From Naegleria gruberi (lineage: Eukaryota): a stretch of DNA of 64,000 bases. The notes below the pieces were generated by a model. It was not told the DNA's origin, did no database searches, and was given only the letters and a program-made list of their open reading frames with translations. Location of the stretch: assembly GCA_000004985.1 (NCBI GenBank), contig GG738846.1. The stretch is one strand, 5' to 3'. The number at the start of each line of letters is the position of its first letter. Position 1 is the stretch's first letter. Below, in pieces: positions 36,108 through 45,929 of this stretch. The position numbers and the translations under genes are program-made.

Positions 36108-36690
36108 AATAAATTAGTGAGAGCGTTTTCAATTATTATTAATTGTTGAGGAGAGGAGGTGACAATGTAAAATACACAATGATGACGATAAATTAATATT
36201 GGGTGTGTTAGATGCAATAGAGTTATTCTCTGATAGAGACCTGTCAACCACTTTCTCGCGCTTCTAATGGTCAAGATGCTTGATCTATTCAGTTTTTTTG
36301 TTGGAGAATTAATACGGAAGGCAACTTGTCAACATTAGTGTGCGACAACATTGATACATTTGGAAAGTATTTTGGCTTGTACAAATGATTAAACAGAGGT
36401 CAATATGTGTATGATAATAAGTATTTAAAATAAATATTTAAGAAAGGTTTACAATACACGTAATGGTTTTTTAAATGTAATAATCAATAAAATATTTTTA
36501 TCAAAATTAACAAATTAGAGGCCTTAATTTGAGGGATAAAGCGAAAGACATAATATCCTTTCCATTTTTGTACATGTTGTGTTTTTAGATACCAGGTACC
36601 TGTGACATTTCAGGAATTGTTTTGAAATGTTTAAATTACAATTTTGTAAACCAAAACATTAGTTTTTGAATTTTTTGAAAATCTAATTGT

Positions 36691-37341
36691 TTACTTTTGG
36701 AAATGTTTTGCTCTGATACAACGAATTAATTTATCATTTTCAAAATCGCAATGTGTCTTTTGTGCTCTTGTGGATTGTAAACATATGAAGAAATTAAGTT
36801 GAAGGAATTCACAATCATGAATTGGTAAGGTTTGGTCTTTAGCTTGTTTTCCCTGATTAATGATTGTTTCCAAATATGCAGGTCTATCCCATTGTGTTTT
36901 TCCACTCATTCTTTCAAAATAGTAAATGTCTCCTGGACTTCCTCCTTGTATTGATGGTGATTGAGAATTGTTTTGATTTGATCCTTGATCGATTATTTGA
37001 GCGGAACCCCAATTTCCGTGTTGTTGGTAAAAATTATTTGCAAAACCTTCCAAGCACTTCCACATTTGTTGTTCTGCTTGTTGGGCTTGGTTTGGGTCAA
37101 TAGTTGTTTGTGCTCTTATTTCCAACATTTTTCTATTCAATGGTTTACATGGTCCTAATAATGCAGCAGCAATCATATCCCTACGAATTTGGTCATTTTC
37201 GACAGCCTTTGGGGTTTCTGTTTCCTCGCTGGTATTGTTTCCGAATAATGAAAAACCTGATGATGAAGAGGTATCGTCTTTGCTCATTTTTATTTTTATT
37301 AAAAAAAATGTAAAATATTGATTGAAGTAGTTTATTGTCAA
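36691..37341 (-). CDS. twin Cx9C (CHCH) motif protein with a WW-like segment; possibly a Mic19/CHCHD-like intermembrane-space protein
   Basis: C-terminal CEFLQLNFFIC...CDFENDKLIRC gives two C-x9-C pairs with Mic19-like spacing. The upstream GDIYYFERMSGKTQWDRP resembles the second half of a WW domain. The first Trp is absent. Confidence 0.45.
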   Translation of the reverse strand: MTINYFNQYFTFFLIKIKMSKDDTSSSSGFSLFGNNTSEETETPKAVENDQIRRDMIAAALLGPCKPLNRKMLEIRAQTTIDPNQAQQAEQQMWKCLEGFANNFYQQHGNWGSAQIIDQGSNQNNSQSPSIQGGSPGDIYYFERMSGKTQWDRPAYLETIINQGKQAKDQTLPIHDCEFLQLNFFICLQSTRAQKTHCDFENDKLIRCIRAKHFQK

Positions 37342-37448
37342 TCAAAATGGCCAAGAAATTGTGGAATTAATTCTGTCATTACAATTTCATTTAAATAATT
37401 ATTTAAATGATGATAATTTTGTTTTATTGAACATTCATTCCGAAGACT

Positions 37449-39140
37449 TTAAATTTTTGAAAAACTCTTAATAGGAAAACTAGAACTCGAGTAAGACAAT
37501 GAATTGTCTTTCTTTTTTTTGGATCCTGTCATGAAGGTATTATCAGAATCTTTGGCAATATCATCTTTTTTTGAAACATCACCCACCAAAATCTTTTCCT
37601 TCACATACTTTTGCATTTCTGTAGAAAATGGTTCGAGATGGCTGGAGCTATAACTACTCATATATGAGGCATTGTATACAAAGGAGTCATCCACGTGTGT
37701 ATCACCCAAAAAATCCATAGATTCAGAAAGATGACTTGCATTCAGGAATGATTCATCGCTCGTTCTTTTTTGTTTATCACTCTTTAAGGATTTTGCTGGA
37801 CTACCAAAATCTTTCAAACTTGAAGATGAATAGAGTGGACTCTTGGTCGGATTTTCATGATCAAAATTTGATTTCTCTGAATTAACAGAAATTGTGCTAT
37901 GACTCAAATGTTGTGAATTTGTTGGGACCGACTTCTTACTCGATTGGGAGCTATTTAAACGAGAGGATTGAGAACTACCTAGTCTTATTGGAGAATTAGA
38001 GATTGTTGGACTGATCATGGCTGAATATCTATTGCTATGAGTATCACTTCTGTTGGCAGATTTTTCCAGTAAACTAGAGTTTTGACCAGTTTTAGGTTGC
38101 AAGCTACTTATATTGTTTGTCATACTCTCGTTAACTTGGCTAGTGTTGGAAAATTTTGTTGAGCTTGTCAGGTTATTTTTAAGGGATGAAGTCATGTTAG
38201 AAGCTGAGCTTGATGAGGTTCTACTACTTGGATTTTGAGTGAAGAAGTTATTGGATGCGTTTAATGGAGGTTGACGAGGTTGTGGCTCTTGTTCGATATC
38301 ATGGAAATTAGATTGGTCTTGCTTTTCGGAGTGTTGAATTGATTCTTTTGAGTTGAACGAATCAACCTTATTACATACTTCTTCCAATTTTTTCAAAATG
38401 AGTTCAATAGTTTCAGATTGACTTTGAATGATTTGTTTCATTTCTCTACTTTCTACTAGTAGCATATCAATTTTTTTATCCTTTTCGAAAAAGATGGAGC
38501 TTTCTACTGACTTGTCTGTCATGAATGATGTTTCATTGTTAGCTGTGTTATTAAATTGTTCCTTCATAGATTCCTCTGTCATTCCAGTAGAATATGGAGA
38601 ATAAAAAGGTGGATAGAATGGAAAAAATTGATAAGGATTAGGATAGATAGGATATTGAGGTTCCATTTGTAATTGTCTTGTTGATTTTTTTTGTTTCGTT
38701 GTTGACTGTGGTGGGAGAGCAGTCTTTTGGTAAGTAGCACTAGGGTGAAAACCTTTGGAAGCTGGTTGAGTTTGGTGTTTAGCATGTCTGTTGTTATTGG
38801 ATTGAGTAGGACATTGTTCCTCATTATCACTCTCCTCCGAAGGATTATAAAAATGTTGGAGAATGTTTCCCCTCACTTGGTTGGCTATTGTAGAAGACGG
38901 CTTTGAAGAAGGTTTTTCTTTTTTCATTTGGTTGTGTTGCTCCATGTGCATTACCTCATACGCATCACTGTTATCCTCTTCCCCAAACAATTGTTGATCA
39001 ACTTGTTCACTAGAGAAGTAGGAAGAAAGGTTTTGTCTTGGACCGGTGTTGTGTTTTTGGTGGGGTTTCATTTTTTTTGATTTTGTTTGAATACAAACAT
39101 TTTGTAGTTGTATTCCATTGAATAGGCGCCAATTGACCAA
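37449..39140 (-). CDS. Ser-rich low-complexity protein with a central coiled coil (563 aa; true start possibly MKPHQ at about 39074)
   Basis: Long ORF with S/T/N-rich composition. No domain recognised. Confidence 0.45.
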   Translation of the reverse strand: MVNWRLFNGIQLQNVCIQTKSKKMKPHQKHNTGPRQNLSSYFSSEQVDQQLFGEEDNSDAYEVMHMEQHNQMKKEKPSSKPSSTIANQVRGNILQHFYNPSEESDNEEQCPTQSNNNRHAKHQTQPASKGFHPSATYQKTALPPQSTTKQKKSTRQLQMEPQYPIYPNPYQFFPFYPPFYSPYSTGMTEESMKEQFNNTANNETSFMTDKSVESSIFFEKDKKIDMLLVESREMKQIIQSQSETIELILKKLEEVCNKVDSFNSKESIQHSEKQDQSNFHDIEQEPQPRQPPLNASNNFFTQNPSSRTSSSSASNMTSSLKNNLTSSTKFSNTSQVNESMTNNISSLQPKTGQNSSLLEKSANRSDTHSNRYSAMISPTISNSPIRLGSSQSSRLNSSQSSKKSVPTNSQHLSHSTISVNSEKSNFDHENPTKSPLYSSSSLKDFGSPAKSLKSDKQKRTSDESFLNASHLSESMDFLGDTHVDDSFVYNASYMSSYSSSHLEPFSTEMQKYVKEKILVGDVSKKDDIAKDSDNTFMTGSKKKKDNSLSYSSSSFPIKSFSKI

Positions 39141-39217
39141 ACAAACAAAATGAAGGACCCAAGTTCGAACTGAAACTTGATAAAATGCGTGATTGTTTTA
39201 AAAATACAAAGATTATT

Positions 39218-40721
39218 TTATTTAGTGAGGGCTTTTGCTCGTTCAAAGAGTGAATCCATTACAGAGTCCATATTTTCAATAGTTTCCAATGCAGCAGGAT
39301 AACATTCATCCTTCTTTGTTTCCTCATATACAATAATACAATCATTTCCTTGATCAAGAATACCATTAAGTTTGTTATCAAGAATCATTTGAGAAAGTTT
39401 TCTTTCAACTCTTGTACGAGGAAGATCAATCAATGAAGAAACGTGAGTAATTTGAACACGAGAGAATGGTTCAATAATTCTCAAAAGATGTTGTTCCAAT
39501 AAATTGTCATATAATTCTGAAAGGTGGGAACTAATAATCGGATCATTTTTCAATTCTCCTTCAAATTCAGATAATGCCTTTTCAAAAGAGTGAAGTGACC
39601 TTTCTTGATATGCAACAGAAACAGCCTTCATAGAATCAACTTCTCTACCAGTATATTTGAGAGCAGTCTTTGTACTGAGGAGTGTTTGAACATCATCAGG
39701 CTGTAAAGTTGGTAAAAAGTCATAATTATTCTAAGAATAACTTACATTATTTGTACAAACTTTACAGAGCAACATGTATTTAAGACACATGACAGCAGTA
39801 TAATCATCAAAGTTACTGTAACCTTCAAAAGCTTCAAAGAAATAAGAGAAGGCAGTCTTGTAATCCTTTTCTTCAGCATGCAATACACCAGATTGCATAT
39901 CAATTTCTGCTTGAAGGAGTGGAGGACAGTAGATAGCATTTGCATCTGTTCTAGCGGATGTGAGAGCAGCTCTTGATTTTGAAAGATTTCTAAGAGAATG
40001 GTAAACCTTACTTTCCAACAACTATAAATTATTGGCTTAATAATTATTTTTAAAGAAACAACATACGTGAATTTCAACTAACAATGCCTTGTCATCTAAT
40101 TTTCTGACTTCTCTCAATAATCTAGTAATTATTTCAAGAGATTCAGTAAATTCCTTCTTAATAAATAATAAATTGGCCAATCTTGATTCAATACGTTGAC
40201 GCAAGAAACTTCTCTTCTCAGTTGTTGCCCACTCGATAGATTCTCTACAAATTTCAATTTGAATTGCATCACTTCCTTTAATTGTACCAACTAATTCAAT
40301 AAGAGTTCTAACAATTTTTGCTGTTTTGGCCTTTGGAAGATCTTGGAAGAATGGTCGGATAGATTTGTTTAATTCCATGATGGCTTGAGCATCACTTTTT
40401 ATACTGTAAATATATTAAAAATCTATTAAAATACTAACCCTTTAGTGGCATAAATCTTACCGAGACTATAGATAGCCTCTTCCTTCTTTTTAATTATTAC
40501 TTCATTCTTTTTAGACACTATTAATTGATCAATTCAATAAATGATTAACCCGATCCGATTAATAAATATTATTATTAAAATTACTACATACTCTCCCCAT
40601 TAATTACTTGAGTAAAAAGTTTGATGGCTTCAGCAGTGTTTTGTTTTTCTTCCTCTTTTGTTGCCTTTTCAAAAAGGGTTGTATAAAACGTTTGTTGATC
40701 AGATGTTGTATTGTCAGTCAT
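39218..40721 (-). CDS. PSMD11: 26S proteasome regulatory subunit RPN6 (PSMD11)
   Basis: Five exons (about 40592..40721, 40439..40517, 40067..40403, 39746..40021, 39218..39700) with introns of about 74, 35, 45 and 45 nt. [56 protein letters not shown] and the PCI domain align with human PSMD11 over the whole length. Confidence 0.85.
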
Positions 40722-40815
40722 TTTTTACTTGTTTGAAGCTAAAATTAAAGCGAATCATAAAAATTTTATGTAATTCCAAAAATAACTTGCTATTCCTTGC
40801 AAAAACAGGCTTAAA

Positions 40816-40900
40816 AAAACAACTGGTGAGAGTCGGATTTGAACCCACGCCCTTCGTCTTAGAAAACTGTATCTCTCATTTTGTTTTAAGGTAAACTCCC
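40816..40900 (-). other. tRNA-like fragment: T-arm plus 3' acceptor half, resembling tRNA-Leu; no complete cloverleaf found
   Basis: Minus-strand reading ..GGGCGTGGGTTCAAATCCGACTCTCACCA contains a canonical T-loop (GTTCAAATCC) and a 3' acceptor strand. No matching 5' acceptor strand or D-arm lies upstream. Confidence 0.3.
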
Positions 40901-41005
40901 TGGAAGCAATATTGCTTTATTACTCCATCCAATCAAAAATATTCCTGCTTTGCATTTATTTAAATTTGATTTATTCTAATCTTAATTTTTGTAATGCAGT
41001 AAAAA

Positions 41006-43078
41006 ATGAAAGGACAGAGGTCTGTGGCCCTTGCACTTGGTGGACGTTATCTGATAAGCAAAAAGACAATGTGTTGGAAGTTTGGAAAATCTATCAAGTC
41101 TACTACCTCTTCAAAAATTAAAAATCATTCGCTTGTTGCTTGCTATCACTGTAAAAAATACAACCCTTCTACCGGAACTAAATACCACCAATATTTCGGA
41201 TCATCTCTAGAGGCAGGTGTTAATTTATTGAAAAGAAAAGAAATTGAATATTTGACAAAATTACAAATTAGAAGCTATTCAACAAATAATTTATATAGTG
41301 ATACTTTTCTTTTTGATGCAGAAACATTTGCTACTAATTTAAGAATTTATTTTGAAGATCCTCCTCTTGAATTGCATGAAGAAGAAAGTGATGCTCCAGT
41401 TGAGCATCACCAACTTCCCAACGAAGAGGCACACGATAATGATATTGTTTCCCTGACAATATCAGACATTATGCCATATCAACCACATGAATTTTTCACC
41501 CAGAAGCTAAGGTACTACATTGATCATAGCTTGGAAAAAATCAAGTCACAACCAGTAGGTGTAAAGAATGCAGATGCATTTGCTTTTTTTATTAATGGAG
41601 GAAAGGGCGTTGGAAAGACTAGAAATACGATTGAAACTGTCGAAGAAATGACATTAGAATATGGTGATAGGTTTTCTAAATTAATGTATTTGTATGCTCC
41701 ATTTCTGAATATGTGCCCTCTTGCAGAGGAAGAGGAAATGTTTGGAAGAGAAGAGTTACTTAATTTTCAAAAATCAAAGAAGCTAATTACAGCACGTATG
41801 ATTTATTCATATTTTACACAATCTATTGATTCATCTGAAGTTAGATCGTATAGAGACTTTCTTGAACACTGTTATCATTTCATTCCAGACAATATCAGTC
41901 ATGTTTCAGAAATTATTAAGTATGATTTGGATCTTGATAATGATGAAAGTCTTGGTCTTTTCATAGTAATGGATGATTGTGATGAATTATTACGAGTTAA
42001 ATTTGAAAATGTAATTACTCACACACCATATAGTTTATTATTGAGAATGTACAATGAATTACCAGGGGTTTTTACAGATAGACAAAATACAACATTTATT
42101 CCAATTATGGTAGGAAAAGATATTGAAGGAATGACTCAGGATTGGATACATAAGCTTGGACCTACACGTCCAACATATTCTGGAAGCTCATATCAAAAAA
42201 ATGAAACATTTACCGTTTGCCAATTTCCACTTTTAAACCAAGATCAAGTTGAAAATATAGTTGATAACATGTTTGACCGAAAAGGACAAATTCCAATAGA
42301 AGATGAGGAAGGAACAGGACAGTTTATTGATAAGGAAAATTGGCGAGATTGCAAAAGTTTTTTAACAGCTCTCGCAATGATAGGTGGGCATCCACTTGCT
42401 CTTGAACATTTCTTACTCTTTATTGCTTCAGTACAATATTTACACAGAGACTTTTTTAATTTTCAATATGCCGTAGAGAAAACCAAATATGAGCTTAGAA
42501 AAACCTACGATCTTACAGAGTTAGGTCTTAAATGCACTGATAATCAAATAGAAAAGATTATTATTAGTCTTTTATCTGATAGACAAATACTTGAGGTGAC
42601 AGGGTACAAAAATTATGAGTTTACAAATTTTTACACTTTCATGAATTCAGGAATAATATTTCCAGTTATCAAACCGGAAGAAGACGAAGTTATAGAATAT
42701 AATAACTTTTATAATTTAGAAAGGGTTGTTAATGTACCCTTTATATTCCTTGATGAGTTAATTGAGCAAATTCCAGAGGAAAGCAAGAGTAAGGAAATTT
42801 TTAGAAATCTTGCTACCGCTCTCAAGAATCTTTTAGATTTACAATTATTAGAGGAACCAATACCTAGAAAGCAAATCAAGATTATCAACACCAAGTACTA
42901 TGATGCCATGAAAGAAGTCAAGAGAAGAGTTAGGAAACCACCAGAAACAGATATTATTCCAGTTTTTTGGAGAAATGTACCTGCAGAAACACCAGAATTC
43001 TATTCCAGTTATGTTAGACATCTTTTGTCTTGCTATTTCCATAACTGGAAGGTTGTATTAGACAAAAATTTAAAGTAA
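41006..43078 (+). CDS. STAND-class P-loop NTPase with NB-ARC-like motifs (Walker A, Walker B hhhhDD, GxP/GLPL-like) and a helical C-terminal region; no repeat domain
   Basis: Walker A FFINGGKGVGKT (about nt 41590), Walker B LGLFIVMDDCDELL (about 41950) and IGGHPLALEHF (about 42380, like the NB-ARC GLPLAL motif) occur in the order and spacing of AP-ATPases. There are about 190 aa of unrecognised N-terminal sequence. Confidence 0.55.
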   Translation: MKGQRSVALALGGRYLISKKTMCWKFGKSIKSTTSSKIKNHSLVACYHCKKYNPSTGTKYHQYFGSSLEAGVNLLKRKEIEYLTKLQIRSYSTNNLYSDTFLFDAETFATNLRIYFEDPPLELHEEESDAPVEHHQLPNEEAHDNDIVSLTISDIMPYQPHEFFTQKLRYYIDHSLEKIKSQPVGVKNADAFAFFINGGKGVGKTRNTIETVEEMTLEYGDRFSKLMYLYAPFLNMCPLAEEEEMFGREELLNFQKSKKLITARMIYSYFTQSIDSSEVRSYRDFLEHCYHFIPDNISHVSEIIKYDLDLDNDESLGLFIVMDDCDELLRVKFENVITHTPYSLLLRMYNELPGVFTDRQNTTFIPIMVGKDIEGMTQDWIHKLGPTRPTYSGSSYQKNETFTVCQFPLLNQDQVENIVDNMFDRKGQIPIEDEEGTGQFIDKENWRDCKSFLTALAMIGGHPLALEHFLLFIASVQYLHRDFFNFQYAVEKTKYELRKTYDLTELGLKCTDNQIEKIIISLLSDRQILEVTGYKNYEFTNFYTFMNSGIIFPVIKPEEDEVIEYNNFYNLERVVNVPFIFLDELIEQIPEESKSKEIFRNLATALKNLLDLQLLEEPIPRKQIKIINTKYYDAMKEVKRRVRKPPETDIIPVFWRNVPAETPEFYSSYVRHLLSCYFHNWKVVLDKNLK

Positions 43079-43086
43079 TAATATGA

Positions 43087-44052
43087 TTGATGGAGAGTAA
43101 TAGCAGAAAGATGCTGAGGGTTGAAAAGTTCATCTACAACAAATTCTTAATAAAAAAAATGTTGAATTTTAATTCTACTGTGGTCAATAATGAAATTATT
43201 CCTGCCGTTCAAAAGGTTGTACCAATAAAAGTGGCAGCCCCAAAACTTCCGAACGCTAAAATACGAGTTAGAATTTCTGATATTATCATTATTATTGGGT
43301 GGCTTGTTTGGATCGCCTTTTGTACATGGTATACATATACTGTCGTGGATAACTATCTTCAAATGCAAAATACTCCAACCACCTCTTTATCATTCAATGA
43401 GACAACAACCTTAGAGTTTCCGGCTATAACTATTTGTAACTATAATGGAAGAGCAGGAAGCTCTTGTCCAGAATGTGATCTGAACTTGGTGCGCATATTT
43501 CGATTAACAGTAACTGGAATAACTTCACCAATTACTGATGGAAACATTAGAGCTGAAAAAACTCAAGTTCTCGACAATGTATATTATTCATGTTACAAAA
43601 TTAATAATGATAAGAGTAACTTGTTTTTAGCAAAAAAGAAAGGTATTTCAGGCTCAATATCTTTTTTATTTGAAATACCAACAGGAAGTTCCTTGTCAAG
43701 AAATGGGTTGCAAGTGACATTCCATGAACCAGGAGCCACACCATCTATTTATCAAGAAACTCAATTCGCCGCCCCTGGAGTTGAAAATTACTTTTCCCTT
43801 ACAAAAGTTGTAAGAACTGTATTGGATATGAATTATGATACAAATTCTGCTGTGAGAAATGTTACTTTTGATTCAGTTGTTTCCACTATTGCTGTTACTG
43901 ATATTCCATCCAATAATGTTCTTGTAACTGTTACGTATGGTACTATGAGTGTGTATAATATCGATGAAGTTCTTACAAACACCATTCCTTCTTTATTGGG
44001 TGATGTTGCGGGTATGATTGGATTAGTAAGTAGTTTCAATTTAATTTTGTAA
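43087..44052 (+). CDS. minimal ENaC/degenerin/ASIC-family channel-like protein (2 TM, short ectodomain)
   Basis: TM1 is ISDIIIIIGWLVWIAFCTWYTYTVV. The family-hallmark post-M1 motif FPAITICN follows immediately (compare FPAVTIC). An ectodomain of about 200 aa follows with Cys pairs (CPECDLN, YYSCYK). The terminal TM2 is LLGDVAGMIGLVSSFNLIL, resembling the GxS selectivity region. The true ATG is at about 43090; the track start is a TTG. Confidence 0.55.
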   Translation: MMESNSRKMLRVEKFIYNKFLIKKMLNFNSTVVNNEIIPAVQKVVPIKVAAPKLPNAKIRVRISDIIIIIGWLVWIAFCTWYTYTVVDNYLQMQNTPTTSLSFNETTTLEFPAITICNYNGRAGSSCPECDLNLVRIFRLTVTGITSPITDGNIRAEKTQVLDNVYYSCYKINNDKSNLFLAKKKGISGSISFLFEIPTGSSLSRNGLQVTFHEPGATPSIYQETQFAAPGVENYFSLTKVVRTVLDMNYDTNSAVRNVTFDSVVSTIAVTDIPSNNVLVTVTYGTMSVYNIDEVLTNTIPSLLGDVAGMIGLVSSFNLIL

Positions 44053-44261
44053 TAATTTCAAAAATAATTTCTTGGAATAAATAGACAATGGGGCTAGATC
44101 TGCTCAAAATTTGTAGAGGTATTTTGGAAGTACCCTATGCTTTCCAAGCCAAAACTATTAAAAACATTTGGAAAATCTTCAACTAAAGTTTTTGGGGAAG
44201 TATTTGAAGCCGCGTTCTTGCAATTGTTCGAACTAAATTTTTAAATAATAAACGTTAAAAA

Positions 44262-45866
44262 ATGGCTCCAAATCATCACGTAAATAACAACAACAAAGGA
44301 ATCCTTCCTTTACAACCCAACAGAAGAAGGAAGCAAAGACTATTCAATGAAAGTGATGGCAGATTACAAGGTGCAACAAATCCGATTTTATCATTAACAA
44401 CAATTAATTCTGATATCGGTATGAAAATTGATTCGGAAAGGAACCAACATTTGGCCAATATTTCTCTCAATTCTGTATGTGAAAGCTTAAATATTCCAAT
44501 GGCAATGGTCGGTAGGTTTCTAAGACCTGAGGAAGCAAGAACCTTCGTTTCTTGTAATATTTGTGCACACAGATTAAATGTGTTGTGGGCCAGTATGATG
44601 AATATGATGGCCAACCTTTATACAAGTACCATGATTGTTCAAGAAAACTCTTTTGATATCCCAAGAATGTATCCAACCATTTCTCCCCTTGTTTATATTT
44701 CTCCATCAATCGTACTGTGTAAACTTTCAGCTAAACAATTATACAAACAAATAGTGGAAACTACTTTTCAAATTGATCAAACTTTAGAACGTCTTAATGA
44801 AGACAAGAAGGCAATGACAACTTTTGAAGAAACAAACCACTTTCTTATTTCTCAACTTGTGAGATATTGCGTTGAACTGGAGAGAGGATCAACTTTGAAT
44901 CAAAATATGAAGACTGTACTTATTAAGGAAAGAGAGTTCATTTCTCATTTTCAAAAAATGATAATCAAGAGATTGAATTTTATATTGTATGGTCTTGATT
45001 TGAAATCTATAGGAATCAAGTTATCAAATACAGATATTTTAGATTTCAGTTCCTCAATATTTGATGTATCAAAAATTTTTGACATTGAAATAATACCTGA
45101 AAAGCCAAAAGTAGGAAAAGTAGATTCTTCTGGGAAAAATCAAGATTTAGAGCTCAGTAATTCTAGTGATGGTAGTGGAAAAAGTGCCATTCTCATTACA
45201 AGCAATTCTCATAGAGAAGAGCTGAATGATGACGACAATCAAAAACAATGTACAGAAAAAGATTCTTTGTCAGGATTTATTCAAACCACCACTTCAGACA
45301 CAACAACCATCTCTAATATTCAAAATAACTTGAACAATGCTAAAAAGAATACAGACTTTTCTGTTGAAACTGTTGAGGAAAGAGGGGTTACTCTTACCCC
45401 TTCGAGCCCTCCTGTAAATATTCCAACCTCCTCTCTTTCACAACCAAAAACAACACCTATTCCCAAGTCAGATTGTAATTCTCATTTTAGAGATGATGAT
45501 ATTCCATTCACCGAAATTTCTAATTTTGTACAGGAAGATGCTGCAATTTTAATGAAAAGTGCAGCATCAGCCACAACTCCAATTATTAAGAAACCTTCAA
45601 GTAACCCAAAGAAAAGTATTCTCAAGCAATCCAAAACTATTCCAAAAAGACCACCTTCTCCACTGATTGATGGTTATGATAGTGAAGAAGAGCCTCTGAT
45701 TTCTGTTCATACATCTACCTTTAGTTCACTAAATAATAAGGATCACGAGAATGTTTTAAATTCTGATTCAGACGATATGAGTGATGATCTTTCAACATAT
45801 AGCGATATCACAAGAAACATTGGGATGCATAAGGATTATAATCCTACAAAAAAACAAAAATTGTAA
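44262..45866 (+). CDS. hypothetical protein (534 aa) with a Ser/Thr/Asp-rich C-terminal half
   Basis: Long ORF. No domain recognised. Confidence 0.4.
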   Translation: MAPNHHVNNNNKGILPLQPNRRRKQRLFNESDGRLQGATNPILSLTTINSDIGMKIDSERNQHLANISLNSVCESLNIPMAMVGRFLRPEEARTFVSCNICAHRLNVLWASMMNMMANLYTSTMIVQENSFDIPRMYPTISPLVYISPSIVLCKLSAKQLYKQIVETTFQIDQTLERLNEDKKAMTTFEETNHFLISQLVRYCVELERGSTLNQNMKTVLIKEREFISHFQKMIIKRLNFILYGLDLKSIGIKLSNTDILDFSSSIFDVSKIFDIEIIPEKPKVGKVDSSGKNQDLELSNSSDGSGKSAILITSNSHREELNDDDNQKQCTEKDSLSGFIQTTTSDTTTISNIQNNLNNAKKNTDFSVETVEERGVTLTPSSPPVNIPTSSLSQPKTTPIPKSDCNSHFRDDDIPFTEISNFVQEDAAILMKSAASATTPIIKKPSSNPKKSILKQSKTIPKRPPSPLIDGYDSEEEPLISVHTSTFSSLNNKDHENVLNSDSDDMSDDLSTYSDITRNIGMHKDYNPTKKQKL

Positions 45867-45929
45867 ATTGATAAAATTTGTACCATTTTACAACAATTGC
45901 CAGCTAACTAAATCTTTCAATTAAAAAAA

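Noticed and set aside
36691-37341. A canonical WW domain in the CHCH protein
   Set aside because: Only the second half (YYFERMSGKTQWDRP) is WW-like. The first conserved Trp is missing, so it is reported only as WW-like.
40816-40900. A complete functional tRNA gene
   Set aside because: The T-arm and 3' acceptor are clear. No complementary 5' acceptor strand, D-arm or convincing anticodon stem could be found within about 100 nt. It is kept only as a tRNA-like fragment.
41006-44052. Possibility that the NB-ARC-like ORF and the ENaC-like ORF are exons of one gene joined by a short intron
   Set aside because: The ORFs are in different frames. Every GT...AG pair of plausible size around the junction, including the GTATTA and GTTAGA donors near 43040..43060, leaves the downstream ORF out of frame. 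They are therefore treated as two adjacent cistrons.
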